IMG/VR virus record: IMGVR_UViG_3300037195_001281
Coordinates: 1 to 39,235 of that record
Source of the DNA: a virus
Taxonomy: Duplodnaviria > Caudoviricetes
Direction: 5' to 3' (one strand)
DNA length: 39,235 nt
In this document: positions 34,528 through 39,235 of the stretch, piece after piece
Numbering within the stretch: position 1 is the first letter of the stretch
Layout of the letters: every line of letters begins with the position of its first letter
The notes under the pieces: generated by a model
Told to the model about the DNA's origin: nothing
Databases searched by the model: none
What the model saw: the letters and a program-made list of their open reading frames with translations, nothing else
Position numbers and translations under genes: made by a program

Positions 34528-34693
34528 TGGCCTGCTCCTTTTCGATTTCCGCCCGCAATGCGGCGAGATTGGTTTCACGGACGCGCTTGAAGTATCCAGA
34601 CAGGTCCATGTTGATCCGGCGCTTCTTGGCTTCTGCAAGTTGCGCGCAGGCGAATTGCCATTCCTGTTCAGGGGTGAAGGGTTGGGTGGTCAT
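34508..34693 (-). CDS. Hypothetical protein
   Basis: ATGA coupling. Confidence 0.6.
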   Translation of the reverse strand: MTTQPFTPEQEWQFACAQLAEAKKRRINMDLSGYFKRVRETNLAALRAEIEKEQASGRISQ

Positions 34694-34938
34694 GAAGAAC
34701 TGCCCTCCGCATCACGAATGGCCTGCAACGCCTGCTCACGGTCGGTTTTGTCGCCGTCTTCAAGCATGTTATGCAATGCCGCCAGAAGCTTAGGTGCCGC
34801 TGATAAAAGGCGAGCATGCTTCTCGCGATCAGGAATACCTCCGTGCAGCATAAAGCCGCCGTCATTGCCTAATTGCACGCCGTATTGAATTGGTCCGAAC
34901 GAGGCGCTTTCGACTAGCCGGTAATCTCTGTCCATCAC
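34690..34938 (-). CDS. Hypothetical protein
   Basis: ARLLSAAPKLLAAL motif common in phage early proteins. Confidence 0.65.
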   Translation of the reverse strand: MMDRDYRLVESASFGPIQYGVQLGNDGGFMLHGGIPDREKHARLLSAAPKLLAALHNMLEDGDKTDREQALQAIRDAEGSSS

Positions 34939-35402
34939 TCACTTGCCTCCGCTGCCGCCAACAAAGCCGTTAAACGACGATACATTTCCGCGTTGTGCTT
35001 TTTGGCGTGGTTGATTGCTTTGCAGACCTTGCATTGGGCGATCTGCTGTTCTTCGGTTGCCATCGGACGGGGTGAGATATCGAACTGGACGTAACCGCCC
35101 TTCTCGCCCTTTCGGATTGCAATCGACCATTTGCTGTCATCGACGCCAGTAACTGCCGAAATCGCGTCACATGCTGCTTTGATGCTCGCCAGCATATTAT
35201 CGAGGTCACGGCGGCGATTATCCGGTGGGCAGAACGTGATGGAGATATGCAAGGCATCAGCATCTATTGGACCCAGACGTTGCGCCTTGCATTCCCACAT
35301 GCAGACTTCCTTGTAGGCAGCATTGACCCGTGCCAATGCGTGGTGATGAACCCTTGCATTCGGTGACAGGTCTTTATGCGGCCATGGAAGTTTGATCTGC
35401 AT
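34935..35402 (-). CDS. rusA: RusA-like Holliday junction resolvase
   Basis: LPWP..LSPNAR, PPDNRRRDLDN....K...D.I....GVDD. Confidence 0.8.
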   Translation of the reverse strand: MQIKLPWPHKDLSPNARVHHHALARVNAAYKEVCMWECKAQRLGPIDADALHISITFCPPDNRRRDLDNMLASIKAACDAISAVTGVDDSKWSIAIRKGEKGGYVQFDISPRPMATEEQQIAQCKVCKAINHAKKHNAEMYRRLTALLAAAEASE

Positions 35403-35424
35403 TTGCTCTGCTCTTGTTTGCTCG

Positions 35425-35690
35425 TATTCCGCCAAACTCGGCGGGGTGGTGCGGTTCCTGTATTGAACCTTTGCAGTGTTCGGTAACGATCCGGCTGTGC
35501 ACTGACCGAAACGTCCGCCGCAGTACCGAGGGCAACCCTCGTGGCGTTTGCCGCCGCACCGGTGAGACCACCCCAAGGGCATAGCGCAGAGCAATCCGGT
35601 ACAACTCTACGGTAGGCTGATCCTTCGCCTGATGGTCTCGCCGCTAAGGCGGTGCCGGGCCTTAAAGGGGATTGGCCCGGCACATGGGGT
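35425..35690 (-). ncRNA. Candidate structured RNA region upstream of rusA
   Basis: Cloverleaf 35561-35642, multibranch 35448-35560, hairpin 35652-35683. Confidence 0.45.
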
Positions 35691-35865
35691 CAGAAAGATG
35701 CAGGCATTACCCTGCGCGGCTCATGGTCAGTCTCCACCATTGGGTTTCATGTGTTTCTCCTCTATCTGCCCGCTTCGTTGGCACCCTCTTGGCCACCGGG
35801 CTGTCACCCTAAAGGCCCGCCCCAATCTTCAAATCGGGGTCGGGCTTGTTGTGTGGGTTGCCAGA

Positions 35866-35934
35866 TCACCAGACTTGCTCCATGGGCCAGCGGTGCAGGC
35901 GGGTTGCGTCTTTCGGAGGGTCAGAACCGTGCAT
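35866..35934 (-). CDS. 22-aa peptide MHGSDPPKDATRLHRWPMEQVW
   Basis: Strong AAGGAGG RBS. Confidence 0.4.
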   Translation of the reverse strand: MHGSDPPKDATRLHRWPMEQVW

Positions 35935-35954
35935 GGTGGCCTCCTTGGTTGGGG

Positions 35955-36152
35955 TTAGTCGCCGTAAGCCTCTTGAACGAGGGCTTGCATCCGGGTGTGA
36001 GGTCCGGTTTCGTGCTGCCGACGTTTCGATGTAACCGGCTGACGGAACCCTTTCGGATTGAGTTGCGCCATGTTGACCCAATGATCGGCGCGCTTCTGGA
36101 TTGCTTCGGGCGACCGGTCGTTTGGTTTGATGTGCAGTGGGAGTTTCATCAC
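35955..36152 (-). CDS. Hypothetical protein
   Basis: AAGGAAGG RBS. Confidence 0.6.
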   Translation of the reverse strand: MMKLPLHIKPNDRSPEAIQKRADHWVNMAQLNPKGFRQPVTSKRRQHETGPHTRMQALVQEAYGD

Positions 36153-36166
36153 TGTCCCTTCCTTGG

Positions 36167-36661
36167 TTAAGCGGTCTTGATCGAAATAACGGTATTGTCG
36201 CGCTCGGCTTCCAAGCTTTTGATCGTCCGGCGCAATTCAGCGATCAGGTCAGCGGCGTGACCAACGATCTCGTCAATTTCGGATGATGTGCGCTCGTGGC
36301 CTGCCGGACCGTGCGGGCAACGGCTTGCGCGGATGGATTCCGCCACCATCTGGCAGCCGGTCATGGTCGAAACAATCGCGTCGATGTCATCGACCGGGCT
36401 TGATTGCTTGCCAGAGAAACGGTTGACCAGATTGCGGAACGCTTCGGAGAAATGCTCTGCGTGACCGGTTTCGGAAAGCTTGCCTGCCAGCTTGGCGGCA
36501 TCAATAAAGCTGATGTTGTGGGTCGAAATATCCGGGTCGGAACACTGGCGGTAATAGGACACGCTCTTGCCGGTTGCGTCTGCAATGTCGAGGTCTGAAA
36601 GCTGCGCAACGGTCAGTGCGATTGCGCTGTGTTCGGTGACTGGTCTGCGTTTCTTGGTCAT
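36167..36661 (-). CDS. CII-like regulatory protein
   Basis: Follows cro; IA.ATGKSVSYYRQCSDPD HTH-like segment. Confidence 0.55.
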   Translation of the reverse strand: MTKKRRPVTEHSAIALTVAQLSDLDIADATGKSVSYYRQCSDPDISTHNISFIDAAKLAGKLSETGHAEHFSEAFRNLVNRFSGKQSSPVDDIDAIVSTMTGCQMVAESIRASRCPHGPAGHERTSSEIDEIVGHAADLIAELRRTIKSLEAERDNTVISIKTA

Positions 36662-36758
36662 TTGTGGTTTTTCCTGATGGCTATTTCACAAGACGCTTTT
36701 GCGCGGGCCTGATAGCGTTCAACTTGTCCGGTTTTGCTCCCCGGACTTCTGCTCTCCG

Positions 36759-36820
36759 AAAAAAGGGCCGGGACTTCGCGTTGAGGGACAACAAGTCCCG
36801 GCCTAGTTTTTCAGGGAGGT
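36759..36820 (-). terminator. tR1-like terminator preceded by CCTCCC
   Basis: GGCCGGGACTT...AAGTCCCGGCC 11-bp stem followed by CTTTTTT. Confidence 0.75.
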
Positions 36821-36889
36821 CACGTTTGCCACATAACGGCGTGGCCCCGATGCCCATTGCGTGTCAGGGGTTACACGCGCCGGGAATTC

Positions 36890-37087
36890 TTAGGCGGCTT
36901 TTTCGTCTGAGCTCATAAAGGTTTCGAGGCGGTCAATGGTTTCAACCCGAACAGAACCGCCATCTTTGAGCCGTTGCACAAACTTACCGTCGTTCATGGC
37001 GAGTTTGCCGAATGTCGAGGTTTTGATGCCCCGGCCCTTACAGTATGTCTCGATCTTTGCCAGTAGGTTTTCGATATGTTTGCTCAT
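36890..37087 (-). CDS. cro: Cro-like repressor
   Basis: 65 aa, divergent from cI; STFGKLAMNDGKFV.RL..G.S....T.DR. Confidence 0.8.
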   Translation of the reverse strand: MSKHIENLLAKIETYCKGRGIKTSTFGKLAMNDGKFVQRLKDGGSVRVETIDRLETFMSSDEKAA

Positions 37088-37097
37088 GATGCTTTGG

Positions 37098-37126
37098 ATA
37101 ATAATGGGATTAATCCCAAGTTGCAA
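37098..37126 (-). promoter_or_regulatory. pR promoter with operator
   Basis: TTGCAA-N17-TATTAT with perfect palindrome TGGGATTAATCCCA (37105-37118) in the spacer. Confidence 0.8.
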
Positions 37127-37180
37127 GCATCTTTTTTCCAAAGTGACAAAAGATTGGGAAAATGGGAATTTTCTCCCACC

Positions 37181-37825
37181 ATGACAGAAGATATTCCAGA
37201 GCGGCTGGCCCGCCTATTGAAAGAGCGCAACCTGAAAATGAAGCCCGTATCCCTTGAGGCCGGGCTTGGCGAAACCGCTGTCTCGGACATTGTCAAGCGA
37301 AGGGCCAAAAGCCCGCGCATGGAAACCCTGACCCGCATAGCCAACGCGATCGGGGTTGACCCGCAAGTGCTGATTTACGGCGACAATAAGCCCGATGCCT
37401 TCAGGGCAAAGGAAAAGCTGCATCGCACCGTGGCGCAAGGCGCACCGCAAGACCTGCCTATTTACGGTGACCCCAGCACCATTTCAGACAATTTCGAACT
37501 AAACCGCGGGGATCCGATCGACTTCATCGCCCGGCCGGCAATTCTGGCAAACAACACAAAGGCTTTTGCTTGCTATGTTACCGGCAAGAATATGGAGCCT
37601 CGATATTACCGCGGCGAGCTGTTGCTTATTGACCCCGTTCGCCCGTTTCAGGTTACTGATTATGTCCTGATTGAGATGAATAACGGCATCGCCACAGTAC
37701 GGCTTTTACAGGAAATAGGCCGCGACTCGATAACCGTTACACAGCTGAATCCGGAAATTGACCAGCAAATCCCGCGGGACAATGTCCGCCACATCTATAA
37801 AATTGCCGGGTCATATGACATTTGA
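37181..37825 (+). CDS. cI: CI-like repressor (XRE HTH plus S24-like domain lacking catalytic Ser/Lys)
   Basis: HTH VSLEAGLGETAVSDIV...PRMETL.RIA; CTD AF...V.GKNMEPRY..GE...IDP. Confidence 0.85.
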   Translation: MTEDIPERLARLLKERNLKMKPVSLEAGLGETAVSDIVKRRAKSPRMETLTRIANAIGVDPQVLIYGDNKPDAFRAKEKLHRTVAQGAPQDLPIYGDPSTISDNFELNRGDPIDFIARPAILANNTKAFACYVTGKNMEPRYYRGELLLIDPVRPFQVTDYVLIEMNNGIATVRLLQEIGRDSITVTQLNPEIDQQIPRDNVRHIYKIAGSYDI

Positions 37826-38037
37826 CGGCCAATAATTCGGTACACCCTTCCCTGTGTGTGCGGACCTACGCCAGGGGGCAGGATCGTCTGCCCTGACCTC
37901 GCCAGCAAAACCCTGTAACAGTTGGCATTCCCATCACTTAGAGTGATTCTAAGAACCTCGCCAACGCGATATCTTAAAGGCGCATTCGACGCCGTACAGA
38001 TAACAAAGGCATCAGTTTTTTCTTGCAATAGATACAC
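37795..38037 (-). CDS. 80-aa protein resembling the CI C-terminal domain
   Basis: GAGGAGG RBS, GTG start; hand alignment to the CI CTD. Confidence 0.6.
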   Translation of the reverse strand: MYLLQEKTDAFVICTASNAPLRYRVGEVLRITLSDGNANCYRVLLARSGQTILPPGVGPHTQGRVYRIIGRQMSYDPAIL

Positions 38038-38114
38038 TGCCCCTCCTCACAGTCCCCAAACGGGGATGATACCTTAGTATAGGATTGTGCTATTAAACCC
38101 TACCCGCGCGGGAT

Positions 38115-38175
38115 GCGGAGTTGGTCTGAGCACAGATCAGGGAAGGGCTAGTTCCCGGCGGAAACGCCGCTCCGC
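38115..38175 (+). ncRNA. Four-way-junction cloverleaf RNA candidate
   Basis: GCGGAGT/GCTCCGC closing three abutting hairpins, one with a GAAA tetraloop. Confidence 0.5.
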
Positions 38176-38321
38176 TCTCAGCAGGCATGGCGCAACACTA
38201 ATGTTGCAGTTGAATAATCCCTTCATCAATCACTCCAATGGTTAGGTTTGGCAGATTTCCTATCCCTATCGCGGATAGGGCCTACCCAAAATAGCACCAA
38301 ATCACGCTTTCCCATTTTAAT

Positions 38322-38374
38322 AGGGATAAATCCCACTTTCCCCCCTTGACTTGGGAATAATCCCAACTTAATAT
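38322..38374 (+). promoter_or_regulatory. pL promoter with two operators
   Basis: TTGACT-N17-TAATAT; operators AGGGATAAATCCCA (38322-38335) and TGGGAATAATCCCA (38352-38365) match the pR operator. Confidence 0.8.
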
Positions 38375-38419
38375 ACATTCATCACAGCGAGAAACGCGCC
38401 CAGCGCAACATAGGAGAGC

Positions 38420-38734
38420 GTGATGAGCACCCACTTCGGCACCATCGACATTCCCGTACGCGACGATCTGGTCATTCCCGATGTGGAGTACCAGTGCCGC
38501 GTATCTGAGGACAAGAACGGCGATCCGGTCATTGAGGACATTGAAGTGTCCCTTTGGTCCAAGTCTCAGAACGCATTCACTTGGGTCGAGCCGACCGCTC
38601 AGATGTACGCCCTGATCGATGCCGATGTTGTCAAAGCCCACTCTGAGGGCCGGATCGACATCGACACTTGGGAGCCGCACGAGGTTCGGACGCCGGTTTT
38701 GCATGTCAATTTGAATGCAGTAGCACAGCACTGA
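38420..38734 (+). CDS. Hypothetical acidic protein, first gene of the pL operon
   Basis: AGGAG RBS. Confidence 0.75.
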   Translation: MMSTHFGTIDIPVRDDLVIPDVEYQCRVSEDKNGDPVIEDIEVSLWSKSQNAFTWVEPTAQMYALIDADVVKAHSEGRIDIDTWEPHEVRTPVLHVNLNAVAQH

Positions 38735-38737
38735 TCA

Positions 38738-38759
38738 AAGCGGGTCACGGCCCGCTTTA
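38738..38759 (+). terminator. Hairpin, possible tL1
   Basis: AAAGCGGGTC-AC-GGCCCGCTTT followed by ATT. Confidence 0.45.
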
Positions 38760-38790
38760 TTGAGTGTTATTCCAATCGAAAGGATGTGTG

Positions 38791-39235
38791 ATGTCCGGGC
38801 CAATTATCGCCTACAAAGGATTTGACAAAGACCTTAAGTGCCGTGGCTTTCAGTACGAAGTCGGCAAATCGTTCGAGCATAACGGCCCGGTCGAAATGTG
38901 TGGAAGCGGCTTCCATGCCTGCCAAAACCCTAGCGACGTTCTTGATTTTTATCCAATCGAAAACGGTAACCGCTTCGCCATTGTCGAAATGGACGGCGAA
39001 GTTAAAGACGATGACAGCAAAACCGTCGCTTCGAAACTGAACATCAAAGCAGAACTCAGCCTTTGCGATTTCATCAAAGTGTCGGTCGATTGGCATATCT
39101 CAGGCTGGTTCAAAGATTTAATCAACAAGAAGGACGCCAGCACCGGGAATTACGCCCACAACGCCAGCACCGGGAATTACGCCCACAACGCCAGCACCGG
39201 GGATGACGCCCGCAACGCCAGCACCGGGAATTACG
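38791..39235 (+). CDS. DUF7666-like phage protein with 9-aa repeats (5' part; continues at 1..362)
   Basis: MSGPIIAYKGFDKDLKCRGFQYEVG...C.SGFHAC.NP.DV.DFYP; missing from the ORF track because it runs off the end. Confidence 0.85.
   Translation, partial: MSGPIIAYKGFDKDLKCRGFQYEVGKSFEHNGPVEMCGSGFHACQNPSDVLDFYPIENGNRFAIVEMDGEVKDDDSKTVASKLNIKAELSLCDFIKVSVDWHISGWFKDLINKKDASTGNYAHNASTGNYAHNASTGDDARNASTGNY

Noticed and set aside
35561-35642. Canonical tRNA gene
   Set aside because: No TTCRA T-loop, no 7-nt anticodon loop and no standard arm spacing; kept only as a structured RNA candidate.

Overview
The window is an apparently complete, circularly permuted temperate phage genome. Positions 1-66 are identical to 39170-39235, and one repeat-containing gene runs across the junction. 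Gene order is lambda/P22-like. A cI/cro switch (~36.9-38.4 kb) drives a + strand early operon that wraps through the origin: DUF7666-like repeat protein, Gp157, Bet, Ref-like nuclease, NinB, Xis, tyrosine integrase, then attP at ~6.7-7.1 kb. A - strand arm carries cro, cII-like, RusA-like, SSB, replication initiator with iterons, Q-like regulator, pR'/tR', terminase, portal, scaffold, capsid, short-tail (podovirus-type) and ejection proteins, tail fibre, lysis genes and an HTH-metallophosphoesterase. GTTC-N7-GTTC LexA boxes and the SSB/Cro types point to an alphaproteobacterial host (inference). Most unusual observations: (1) a 77-aa protein carrying the EF-Tu P-loop (GHVDHGKTTL) without the rest of the GTPase; (2) a CI lacking the Ser-Lys autocleavage dyad, facing a convergent 80-aa gene that looks like a stand-alone copy of the CI C-terminal domain, plus a separate LexA-boxed four-gene operon, which together suggest a non-canonical induction switch; (3) at least five highly structured intergenic RNAs; (4) a type I toxin-like peptide locus next to an orphan Rap1a immunity moron; (5) a chain of four micro-ORFs. 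All family assignments come from motif recognition by eye and all RNA folds were derived by hand; no searches or folding programs were run.
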